DNA of 64,000 nt from Gemmatimonas sp. (GTDB lineage Bacteria > Gemmatimonadota > Gemmatimonadetes > Gemmatimonadales > Gemmatimonadaceae): contig OZ257156.1 of assembly GCA_965279375.1 (NCBI GenBank), positions 3,808,001 through 3,872,000 on the forward strand, written 5' to 3'. Positions within the stretch are counted from its first letter, which is position 1. The number at the start of each line of letters is the position of its first letter. The notes beneath the pieces were generated by a model. That model ran no database searches. It saw nothing but the letters and a program-made list of their open reading frames with translations, and was not told the DNA's origin. Positions 55,832 to 64,000 of this stretch are shown here, piece by piece. A program made the position numbers and the translations under genes.

Positions 55832-57639
55832 GCGGACTCTCCCTTGGTGCGTACCTGAATGCCCAGCTCCGCCAGATCATCCGCAGGCACCGCGACCGGC
55901 GCGCCTTCAAAGAGCGAACGCGCAGCCGTCGTCTTCGGGAACGCAATCACATCGCGCAGCGACGGCGCACCGGAGAGCAGCATCGCGATACGATCGAAGC
56001 CAAAGGCGATACCACCATGTGGTGGTGCGCCAGCGCGCAGTCCTTCGAGGAGGAAGCCGAAGCGACGTTCCTGCTCCGCGACATCGCCGATGCCCAGCAA
56101 CGAGAACATGCGCGACTGCACCGCTGGATCACTCGTGCGAATGCTGCCGCCGCCCAACTCGGTGCCGTTGAGCACCACGTCGTAGGCGAGGGCGCGCCAC
56201 CGCGCAGGCTCATCGGGATACGCCGCCATGTCGTCGGGGTGTGACGCCGTGAACGGATGGTGGACAGCAGCGAGGGCGCCCGTGACCGGATCCTTCTCGA
56301 ACATCGGGAAGTCCATGACCCACAGGAATCGCTGCGCCTTGGCGTCGACGAGATCGAGGCGACGCGCGCATTCCTGACGCACGCGATCGAGCGCTGGGCT
56401 CGACACATGATCCGGCGCGGCGACGAACAGGGCGAGGTCGCCTTCGGTGAGGGCGAGGGAGGCACGCGCCTCGTCACTCAGGAACTTGGCAATCGGGCCG
56501 TCGTACGCGCCGTCGGCGAAGCGCACGCGCATCAACCCACCAGCGCCAGCGCCCTTGGCCAGCGCTTCCAGTTCGTCCACCTGTTTGCGGCTCCATGCGG
56601 CGCCGCCCGGGAGCACCAAGCCACGCACGCGATGACCAGCGGCCAGCGCGTTCTTGGTCACGGCAAAGTCGAGCGTCGCAAAGACGCTGCTGTAGTCACG
56701 CAGCTTGAGCTCGTATCGCAGGTCGGGACGATCGCAGCCGTAGAACTCCATCGCGTCGGCATAGCTCATCCGCTCGAACTGCGCGGGAATCTCGTGCCCT
56801 GCTTCACGCCACAACGCGCCGATCAGTCCCTCAGCGAGCGTCATGATGTCGGGACGCTCGATGAACGACGCTTCAATGTCGATCTGCGTGAACTCGGGCT
56901 GCCGGTCGGCGCGAAGGTCTTCGTCACGGAAGCAGCGCGCGACCTGGAAATAGCGATCGAATCCACAGCACATGAAAAGCTGCTTGTAGATCTGCGGCGA
57001 CTGCGGCAGCGCGTAGAACTCGCCCGGATGCACGCGACTCGGTACGAGATAATCGCGCGCGCCTTCCGGAGTCGGCTTGGTGAGAATCGGCGTTTCGAGC
57101 TCGAGGTAGCCGCGATCGCTCAGAAAGCGGCGCGTCACCTGCAGCAGTCGATGCCGCAGCACGAGGTTCTCCTGCAACTCCGGGCGACGCAGATCGAGAT
57201 AGCGATGCCGCAGTCGAAGCTCCTCGGCGGGCGGCTTCTCGTTCCGCGCGCGAGCGACAGGCAGCGCAGGCGTGACGGCGGGCCCCACAATCCGGAGAGA
57301 GCGGACGCGCACTTCCACTTCACCCGTACCCATGTCCGGATTGAGTCGTTCGGGCTCGCGTGCGACCACCTCGCCTTCGCAGAGCACGACAGACTCGACG
57401 CCGACGGCCGCGGCGAGTGCGAGCGTCTGTTCGTCGGACCACGCCGGCCCGAACGCGAGCTGCAGCAACCCGGTCCGATCGCGCAGGTCGATGAAGACGA
57501 GCCCGCCCAAATCGCGACTCCGGTGCACCCATCCACCCAACCGGACGGTCCGGCCGACATCGCTGCGGCGAAGGAGACCGCACGCGTCGGTGCGGAGTGA
57601 CGTCGCCAGCACATTGCTATCGGACACGGACTCGATCAC
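55828..57639 (-). CDS. aspS: Aspartate--tRNA ligase
   Basis: FIDLRD, LPQSPQ, FRDEDLRADRQPEF, GAPPHGG. Confidence 0.97.
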
Positions 57640-57682
57640 GAACAGAACTCCAGGCGCAAAGCGCGAGAAAGGAAAGGGTGGC

Positions 57683-58135
57683 TCATGACTTCATTGACTC
57701 GTGCACGAGCGCGATGAAGTCTCTTGGCGATTCCGCATGTCGCAACGCGAAAAGAACATCGGCATCAGAGACGAGTCGCGTCAGGGCTCGCAGCGTGTTG
57801 AGGTGCTCCGACGGCGCATGGGTTGGGCTCAGCAGCAGAAAGAGCACGTCGACCGAGTGCCCCTCAGTTGCGCCGAACTCCACCGGCTCTTCGAGCACAC
57901 ACGCGGACATCAGCACGCTGCTGACAAGCGGCGTGCGTACATGCGGCATCGCAACGCCGTCGCCGAGCATGGTCGGGAAGGACGCTTCGCGCGCGAGTAC
58001 ACCGGCGAGCAGTTCCGACTGCACCGTGGAGTGCGGCGCGGCCATACGCACCAGTTCAGCGAGCGCCTGGCCCTTCGTGCGCGCCTGAGACGGAACGGCG
58101 ACGCGATCGGTTGTGAGTAGTCTCTTGAGAGGCAA
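57683..58135 (-). CDS. PTS EIIA (fructose/nitrogen-type) domain protein
   Basis: LAREASFPT..GDGVAMPH (phospho-His), HLNTL; start uncertain (TTG 58135 or 58156). Confidence 0.8.
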   Translation of the reverse strand: MPLKRLLTTDRVAVPSQARTKGQALAELVRMAAPHSTVQSELLAGVLAREASFPTMLGDGVAMPHVRTPLVSSVLMSACVLEEPVEFGATEGHSVDVLFLLLSPTHAPSEHLNTLRALTRLVSDADVLFALRHAESPRDFIALVHESMKS

Positions 58136-58238
58136 TCGCGGTCCGTAGAAGTGCAACCCAATCAAGCTAAACGGCTTACAAGACGCGCGGTAGCGATTCG
58201 CTTGACCCGCCATTGCACGCTCCGTTAGTCTTAACTGC

Positions 58239-59132
58239 ATGTGCCGCAAGTTCTTATGCGGGCTTGCCGCGATTCTGATAGCCCGTGGGCTCTCGGCGCA
58301 GCCGGTGCCCGCTCGCGAATTATGGGAGTTTCCGCTCGGTGCGGTGCTCGAGCCCGCCGCTCTGGCTTCGGAGCCTGGCGCGGGACTGTGGAATCCGGCA
58401 GCGGGTGTGCTGGGGTCCGGGGTTCGCTGGCGATTCGGTGTGGCCTCCCTCTCCACGGCGACTGATCAAGGGGTCGATGGCCAACTGATCGCTGCTTCGT
58501 GGCGGCGCCAAACCGGTACGACGTTTGGCCTCTCGGTGGCCCGCACCGGTATCAGCGGAATCGTGCGCACCGATACCGATCCGCAGGGGCTCGGCGACGT
58601 GCCGTACGGCACGACGTTGGTATCGCTTTCCGCGTCGCGCGAGCTGATCCCCCATCTTTCAGGCGGATTCGCCGCGCGGTGGCGTCGCGGGCGCATCGAG
58701 CAGCAATCCCGCGATGCGGTCGCCGCGGATCTTGGCTTCGTGCTGCACGATCTCCCTTTCCGAAATGCGCGAGTGGCGGCGTCGAGCTTTCTCTGGCGTC
58801 CGGGACGCGAGATCGAGGATCGCCCGGCCTTTGTGGCAGCTGCCGATCTTCGCGTGCTGGGCGACAGCCTGCGAGAGCTGCGCGCAGGATACAGTCATAA
58901 CGGCGTGAATCGCGGTACGCGTGAGCGCGGCGTGTACCTCGGCTCGCGGTTGGATCGTTTGGAAGCACGGGCCGCGTATCTGCGCACTGAATCGTCCGGG
59001 CGGTCGGCCACGCGACTGCGCTCGGGGCTCGCCTTGCACTACAATCGATTCGTGGTGGGCATCGCGCGCGAGGAAGGCGCCTCCGGTCTCGGACCGCTCT
59101 ATCAATTCACGCTCAGTTCAATCCTTCGGTGA
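58239..59132 (+). CDS. Secreted beta-barrel protein, PorV/FadL-like
   Basis: Signal peptide; AGLWNPAA; alternating beta-strand pattern; aromatic C-terminal strand YQFTL. Confidence 0.55.
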   Translation: MCRKFLCGLAAILIARGLSAQPVPARELWEFPLGAVLEPAALASEPGAGLWNPAAGVLGSGVRWRFGVASLSTATDQGVDGQLIAASWRRQTGTTFGLSVARTGISGIVRTDTDPQGLGDVPYGTTLVSLSASRELIPHLSGGFAARWRRGRIEQQSRDAVAADLGFVLHDLPFRNARVAASSFLWRPGREIEDRPAFVAAADLRVLGDSLRELRAGYSHNGVNRGTRERGVYLGSRLDRLEARAAYLRTESSGRSATRLRSGLALHYNRFVVGIAREEGASGLGPLYQFTLSSILR

Positions 59133-60241
59133 CCGGCGACCACTTACAAACCCTGCGTCCGACGGCGCGCGAGAATCTCTTGAATCTCGCGCCTGATGCG
59201 GCGCTCTCGCGGCTGAAGGAGTGGTTCGCCGAGCAGGACGAGCCTGGCTACCGCGCCACGCAAGTGTTCGCGCGGTTGTGGTCGCGTCCGGTGGATTCCT
59301 TCGCCGACATGACCGAACTGCCGAAGGCGCTGCGAGACGCGCTCGATGCGGCGTTCGTTATGCCTCGACTCGAGCTGACCGCACGGCAGACCTCGACGGA
59401 CGGCACGGAGAAGTTTCTGTACCGACTGCAGGATGGTCAGTTGATCGAAACGGTCGCGATCCCCGACGGGGACCGGCTCACACTGTGCATCTCCTCACAG
59501 GCCGGCTGCGCGTTGCAGTGCGCCTTCTGTGCGACGGGCGCGATGGGTTTCCTGCGCAACCTGTCACCGTCGGAGATCGCCGGCCAAGTGCGCGAACTAC
59601 GCATGCTCGACACACCGTTGCTCGCCACCAACATCGTCTTCATGGGGATGGGTGAGCCGCTGATGAACTGGAAGTCGGTGGACGTCACACTGTCGCTGCT
59701 CAACGATCCGCTCGCGATCGGCATCGGGGCGCGACACATCACGATTTCCACCGTTGGCATTCTTCCCGGCATCGTTGCGCTGTCCAATCGACCGGAGCAG
59801 TTCCGGCTCGCGATTTCGATTCACGCGCCGAACGACGCGCTGCGCCATACGCTCATGCCCGTGAATACGAAGTATCCGCTGGCCCAAGTGATCGATGCGG
59901 CCCGCGACTTCGATCGGCGGGTCACCTTCGAGTACGTGATGCTCGGCGGCGTGAACGATCAGCCGGAGCATGCAGCGCAGCTGGCGGCGCTGGCGCGCGA
60001 CTGCAAGGCGTTCGTGAATCTCATTCCGCTCCATCCCGGCGGATCGATGGGCTTCACGCCGACCTCGCCCGCCGTCATCGCGAACTTCGCGCGCGCGCTG
60101 CGATCACGGAACGTGGAAACGGCCGTGCGTCGCAGCCGCGGGCTCGACATCGCCGCGGCGTGCGGACAGCTACGGACGGAGCGGTTGAACCGGCGCCGTC
60201 CAGTCACGGCCGATGAGCACCGTGAAGTCAACGTAGTGTGA
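59129..60241 (+). CDS. rlmN: Dual-specificity RNA methyltransferase RlmN
   Basis: CALQCAFC, MGMGEP, AACGQL. Confidence 0.96.
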   Translation: MTGDHLQTLRPTARENLLNLAPDAALSRLKEWFAEQDEPGYRATQVFARLWSRPVDSFADMTELPKALRDALDAAFVMPRLELTARQTSTDGTEKFLYRLQDGQLIETVAIPDGDRLTLCISSQAGCALQCAFCATGAMGFLRNLSPSEIAGQVRELRMLDTPLLATNIVFMGMGEPLMNWKSVDVTLSLLNDPLAIGIGARHITISTVGILPGIVALSNRPEQFRLAISIHAPNDALRHTLMPVNTKYPLAQVIDAARDFDRRVTFEYVMLGGVNDQPEHAAQLAALARDCKAFVNLIPLHPGGSMGFTPTSPAVIANFARALRSRNVETAVRRSRGLDIAAACGQLRTERLNRRRPVTADEHREVNVV

Positions 60242-60703
60242 CGAGTCCCGACTGGGTTCGATCGCGCAGTCGCCCATCGCACGGGTGAGGCGCGCCCCCC
60301 AGTCGTCGTGCCCCGTGTGGGACAGCACCAGAGACTTCTCGCGGTTCGCCTTCGGATCGCCGTCGAACTCGACGACATCGTAGCCCAGGTCGCGCAACAC
60401 CAGCGTCGCTCGTCGCGCGAGTCCGCGAATATCCGTGGCATTCACCACGCGAACCCGCACGCGTGCGCCGACCGGGGCGTGCGCCAATGAGTCGTCGAGG
60501 ACCGCGCGAGCTGCAGGCTGCTGCGTCGGTGCGGCCGGAGAGCCTGTGCCGGAACGCGAGCGCAGGTACAAACCGCCGCCAGTCCCAGCAATCACCACCA
60601 GCAGCAGAATGACCAGCGCCCATCGGCGTCGCGCACGACGGCGCGGATCGACCTCACGCTCCATCGGCAACGGCATGGACGACCGCAGGTCACTCATGCG
60701 CAC
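60170..60703 (-). CDS. Membrane-anchored LytR C-terminal domain protein
   Basis: TM helix; VRVVNAT...GLA; DFTVLIGRD. Overlaps the rlmN 3' end convergently. Confidence 0.8.
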   Translation of the reverse strand: MRMSDLRSSMPLPMEREVDPRRRARRRWALVILLLVVIAGTGGGLYLRSRSGTGSPAAPTQQPAARAVLDDSLAHAPVGARVRVRVVNATDIRGLARRATLVLRDLGYDVVEFDGDPKANREKSLVLSHTGHDDWGARLTRAMGDCAIEPSRDSSHYVDFTVLIGRDWTAPVQPLRP

Positions 60704-60745
60704 GCCCAGACAGCTGGCCCGACGCCGTGTTGATTCGCACGGCCA

Positions 60746-61291
60746 TCATCGCACCGAGTTCCAGAGTTCGACTGTGTCGGTCGTCAGCCCCTTCCCCTCG
60801 CGCAGCACCCACTCAATGCGCATGCGTACAACCTGACGAAAGACGGCATCGAACGCCTCGGGCACACGATCGGCGAGAAACGCGCGATCGGCCTGCATGA
60901 AGCCACGACCTGGTTCGAGGAAATCCGCCATGTAGAGTGCGCGACCCACGCGTGACCAGCGAGCGTAACCAACGGTGTGCCACTTGATCGCATCGAGCAC
61001 ATCGAGTCGCTGCTCACCGCACGCTTCGAGTCGCAGCGCCGCCGCGGGACCATGCAGCATGCCGACGGGTCGATGCGGCTCGTCGGTCAGCGCACGCAGT
61101 ACCGGCTCCGATTCGTCACGGAGTGCGTCGTGCCACGCACCAGCATCGATCCACGCCTGTGACTCCGCGGCCGACAGCTGCATCGCCTCGGTCCACCGCT
61201 GCAGTAGCGCCACGACGCGCGCGACATGCTCGCGACGCTTCGGCGTGACGACCGCCCAATCCGGAAGGACGCCGTGCGCGAGTACGGTCAT
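60746..61291 (-). CDS. HD-domain protein, YqeK-like (putative Ap4A hydrolase)
   Basis: REHV, WHD, LHGPAAA, WHTVG, LYMADFLEPGR. Confidence 0.78.
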   Translation of the reverse strand: MTVLAHGVLPDWAVVTPKRREHVARVVALLQRWTEAMQLSAAESQAWIDAGAWHDALRDESEPVLRALTDEPHRPVGMLHGPAAALRLEACGEQRLDVLDAIKWHTVGYARWSRVGRALYMADFLEPGRGFMQADRAFLADRVPEAFDAVFRQVVRMRIEWVLREGKGLTTDTVELWNSVR

Positions 61292-62118
61292 GCCGCGTCG
61301 ATCGCCTCGCGCAGCGCCGCCGTGAGAGCGACAGCGTCAGCCACGGAGCGCTCGGCCGCGCGCACGATCGCACTGCCAACCACTACGCCATCACCCAGCA
61401 GCGCCACCGCCTTGGCCTGCTCCGGAGTGGAGATGCCGAATCCGATGCAAATCGGCAGCGACGTCGCCGAACGCAACCGCGCTACGACAGCCGGAAGCTC
61501 GCCGGACAAGGCCTCTTGTTCACCCGTGACACCAAGGCGGCTGATGAGATAGACGAACCCACCGCCATGGCGCGCGATCTCAGCCATGCGCTCGACCGGG
61601 GTCGTCGGTGCAACCAGACGCACAAAATCGAGCCCGCTCGCGCCAAACCACGACTCGCGTTCGGGATCCGATCCTACGGGCAGGTCGGTGACGAGCACGC
61701 CGGAGACCCCGGCTGCGCGCGCACGCTGCAGCACGTCAGCTCCGGCCGCGATGATCGGGTTGAGATAGCTGAACAGCACGATCGGCACGCTCACGTTCGC
61801 CTCGGCGATCACCGAAAGCGCACGATCCAGCGTCATGCCGTGTTCAATGGCGATCTGCGAGCTGCGCTGGATGACCGGACCGTCGGCGAGAGGATCTGAG
61901 AACGGCACCCCGACTTCGATCACGTCGGCACCCGCCTGCTCGAGACCGCGCAACAACTCCACGCTGCGTGCAGGGTCGGGATGTCCCGCGGTGACGTAGC
62001 ACACCAGCGCACGGCGGCCAGCAGCACGCAGCGCGTCGAAGCGGGCCGTCAGGGGCGAGCGGGCGTCCGGCGCCTCGGTCGAAACGTCAGGCGAAGTATT
62101 CGCCAATGCGGATGCCAT
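61288..62118 (-). CDS. trpA: Tryptophan synthase alpha subunit
   Basis: IEVGVPFSDPLADGPVIQ, GVTG, GFGIS, VVGSA. Confidence 0.96.
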   Translation of the reverse strand: MASALANTSPDVSTEAPDARSPLTARFDALRAAGRRALVCYVTAGHPDPARSVELLRGLEQAGADVIEVGVPFSDPLADGPVIQRSSQIAIEHGMTLDRALSVIAEANVSVPIVLFSYLNPIIAAGADVLQRARAAGVSGVLVTDLPVGSDPERESWFGASGLDFVRLVAPTTPVERMAEIARHGGGFVYLISRLGVTGEQEALSGELPAVVARLRSATSLPICIGFGISTPEQAKAVALLGDGVVVGSAIVRAAERSVADAVALTAALREAIDAA

Positions 62119-63547
62119 ATCGCTCAGGGTCCTCGGTACGAATGATGGTGCGCGGATACTGTCCGTGCGGATCGGTTTCGGTCAGATCACAGTGTATCAC
62201 GTCGGCGAGGCGATTGCCGAGGGCATCGGACAACAGGCGCACGAGCGGACGCGACAACGCAGTCGGTTCGGCGCTGGTGGACACCACAATCGCCATCTCG
62301 AGCGTATCGAGTACGACCAACGTACCGACCGGATAGATGCCCGTCAGGTTGATGAACGCCTTGACGATCACGGGATCAAGCCCGAGACGCGGATTGTCGC
62401 GCATGCCGCGCAGCACGTCGGCGGGCGTCCAGGGAGACTCCTGATATACGCGAGCCGTGGTTGCCGCGTCGAAGCCGTCGGCAACCGCGATGATCTTGCT
62501 GAACAACGACAGACGTCGCGCACGGACTGGCGTCGGATAGCCGCTCATGTCCACGCGCATGTGATGCTCATACGCGGTCAGCATCGAGCGCCAGGGCCGC
62601 CCTGAACCCGCAGGCAACGCAAAGAGGGCGAGCACCCCCTGCCACGTATGCGTCTGCAGTACGGCACGCTCCGCCTCGTCGAGCACGCCGCGCTTGTTGA
62701 GCAGTTCAAGCGGAACGCGCGACTTGCCGATGTCGTGCACGAGCGCAGCCAAGCCGAGGTCGAGCAGCTGGACCTTGGAAAGCCCGAGCCGACGGCCAAG
62801 CGCGACCGACAAGATGCACACATTGACGCTGTGCACGAATGTGTACTCGTCGAAGTCACGGAGCGTGGTCAGCCCCATCATCGACGCCGTGTCGGTGAGA
62901 ATCGCGTCGACGATGCCCTGCACCGCGCGCTTGACGCGCTTGAGACCGGGACTCCGACCCATGCGCGCCGAGGTCATGATCTCGCGCGTGACGTCGAGCG
63001 AGCGCACGTAGGTCTGCCGTGCGCGCTCCTTCTGATCGAGTTCACGATCCGACGCGCCCTGTTCCTCGGCTGGCGGCGACACGGCGAAGCAATCGATCGC
63101 GAGCTGCGAGAGACGCGCTTCGAGCTGCGCCATCCGTTCCTCCTCCGGGACGTCGTGCGGAGGAGACTGCAGAAACGCCAACAGCACCACCCATGCGCGT
63201 GCATCCGGCGGACGCGCAACGGAGATGCCGCCGATGCCGGCTTCGCGCATCAGACCAAGCACGTAGGCGACGGCCGCGTAATTGTCGAGCGTGAGGCGAA
63301 GACGTGTCTCGTTGACGAACAAATAGTCGCCGACACGACGCAACTCACAACTGTCCTGCAGCGCGGTGACGCGCTCGGCCGCCGTCGAAAGCTCCGTGAT
63401 GGCGCGCTGCACTGCCACATGCTCGACGGGATAGAGTCGTATTGCGCGCACGGCCGCATGGAAAGACACCACCATCGCGCGAGACGAACGCTGGATGTTC
63501 TGCTCGCTCGTCGCTTGCTCGTTGACCGGAGGGGTGCTGGCGGTCAC
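62087..63547 (-). CDS. HD-GYP domain protein
   Basis: YTFVHSVNV, VHDIGK, HHMRVDMSGYP, VADGFDA; start at GTG 63547 abutting the upstream stop. Confidence 0.85.
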   Translation of the reverse strand: MTASTPPVNEQATSEQNIQRSSRAMVVSFHAAVRAIRLYPVEHVAVQRAITELSTAAERVTALQDSCELRRVGDYLFVNETRLRLTLDNYAAVAYVLGLMREAGIGGISVARPPDARAWVVLLAFLQSPPHDVPEEERMAQLEARLSQLAIDCFAVSPPAEEQGASDRELDQKERARQTYVRSLDVTREIMTSARMGRSPGLKRVKRAVQGIVDAILTDTASMMGLTTLRDFDEYTFVHSVNVCILSVALGRRLGLSKVQLLDLGLAALVHDIGKSRVPLELLNKRGVLDEAERAVLQTHTWQGVLALFALPAGSGRPWRSMLTAYEHHMRVDMSGYPTPVRARRLSLFSKIIAVADGFDAATTARVYQESPWTPADVLRGMRDNPRLGLDPVIVKAFINLTGIYPVGTLVVLDTLEMAIVVSTSAEPTALSRPLVRLLSDALGNRLADVIHCDLTETDPHGQYPRTIIRTEDPERYGIRIGEYFA

Positions 63548-64000
63548 TACTGGGCCCCGCGCATTGCGCGTGCAACGGCCGATCGCACCACGACGTCCTT
63601 CGTGTCGGCCGCACGTTCGAGTGCCGCATTGGCGGCCGGCGTGTTGATCAGGCCAAGCGCACGGGCTGCGCAGGCGCGCACCTCCGCAGGCTCTCGAGAG
63701 CCCAGCAAGGCGCGCGCGTTGAGCAGCTGATCCAGCTCGAACACGCCCGCATCGCCACACACAGAACCATACGCCTCGAAGAGCGCCATCTTCTCGCCGA
63801 GGTCGGCGGAACGCAGCTCCTTCCGGCGCAGCGCCTGCGCGAGTCTAGGCAGCGCCCCCACGTGCTTGCGTGCAGCGAGCGCGCGCAAGGTCGCGACACG
63901 CACGTCGCGGTCGGTATCGTCGATGCCGCGCTCGAGCGCCTGCAGTGCGCCGCCAGAGCCGATATCGCCCAGTGCAGAGACGGCGTCGATCCGAAGCTTC
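63547..64000 (-). CDS. HEAT/PBS-lyase repeat protein (partial, C-terminus only)
   Basis: LRIDAVSALGDIG, DRDVRVATLRAL, EVRACAARALG, VVRSAVARA. Confidence 0.85.
   Translation of the reverse strand, partial: KLRIDAVSALGDIGSGGALQALERGIDDTDRDVRVATLRALAARKHVGALPRLAQALRRKELRSADLGEKMALFEAYGSVCGDAGVFELDQLLNARALLGSREPAEVRACAARALGLINTPAANAALERAADTKDVVVRSAVARAMRGAQ

Overview
High-GC bacterial chromosomal window. Gene content and synteny suggest Gemmatimonadota (inference, not verified). It is mostly housekeeping genes in long, tightly coupled minus-strand runs: mdh-sdhCAB, moaDEA, HU, carA, secG, tpiA-pgk-gap, comF, aroE, tsaC, ispD, radA, dnaB, UDG, coaBC, rpoZ-gmk-yicC, pepA, rplU-rpmA, rne/rng, recQ, aspS-phoH-ybeY, rlmN and trpA, plus tRNA-Asn(GTT) and tRNA-Leu(CAA). 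I found no integrase, transposase, CRISPR array or rRNA. Five things stand out. (1) A TsdA-type diheme cytochrome and a Tat-exported DsrE-like protein are appended directly to the mdh-sdhCAB unit. (2) A B12 acyl-CoA mutase cluster has isobutyryl-CoA-mutase-type residues (RQFAG, EYMAQ) and lies with MeaB, a SAM methyltransferase, a lone carboxyltransferase, AtuA-family genes and a 49-aa membrane ORF missing from the ORF track. (3) A structured ~500-nt non-coding region precedes rne/rng. (4) An orphan caspase-family protease sits beside tRNA-Leu. (5) Several genes show a leaderless-promoter signature. All product calls come from motif recognition by eye; no database searches were run.
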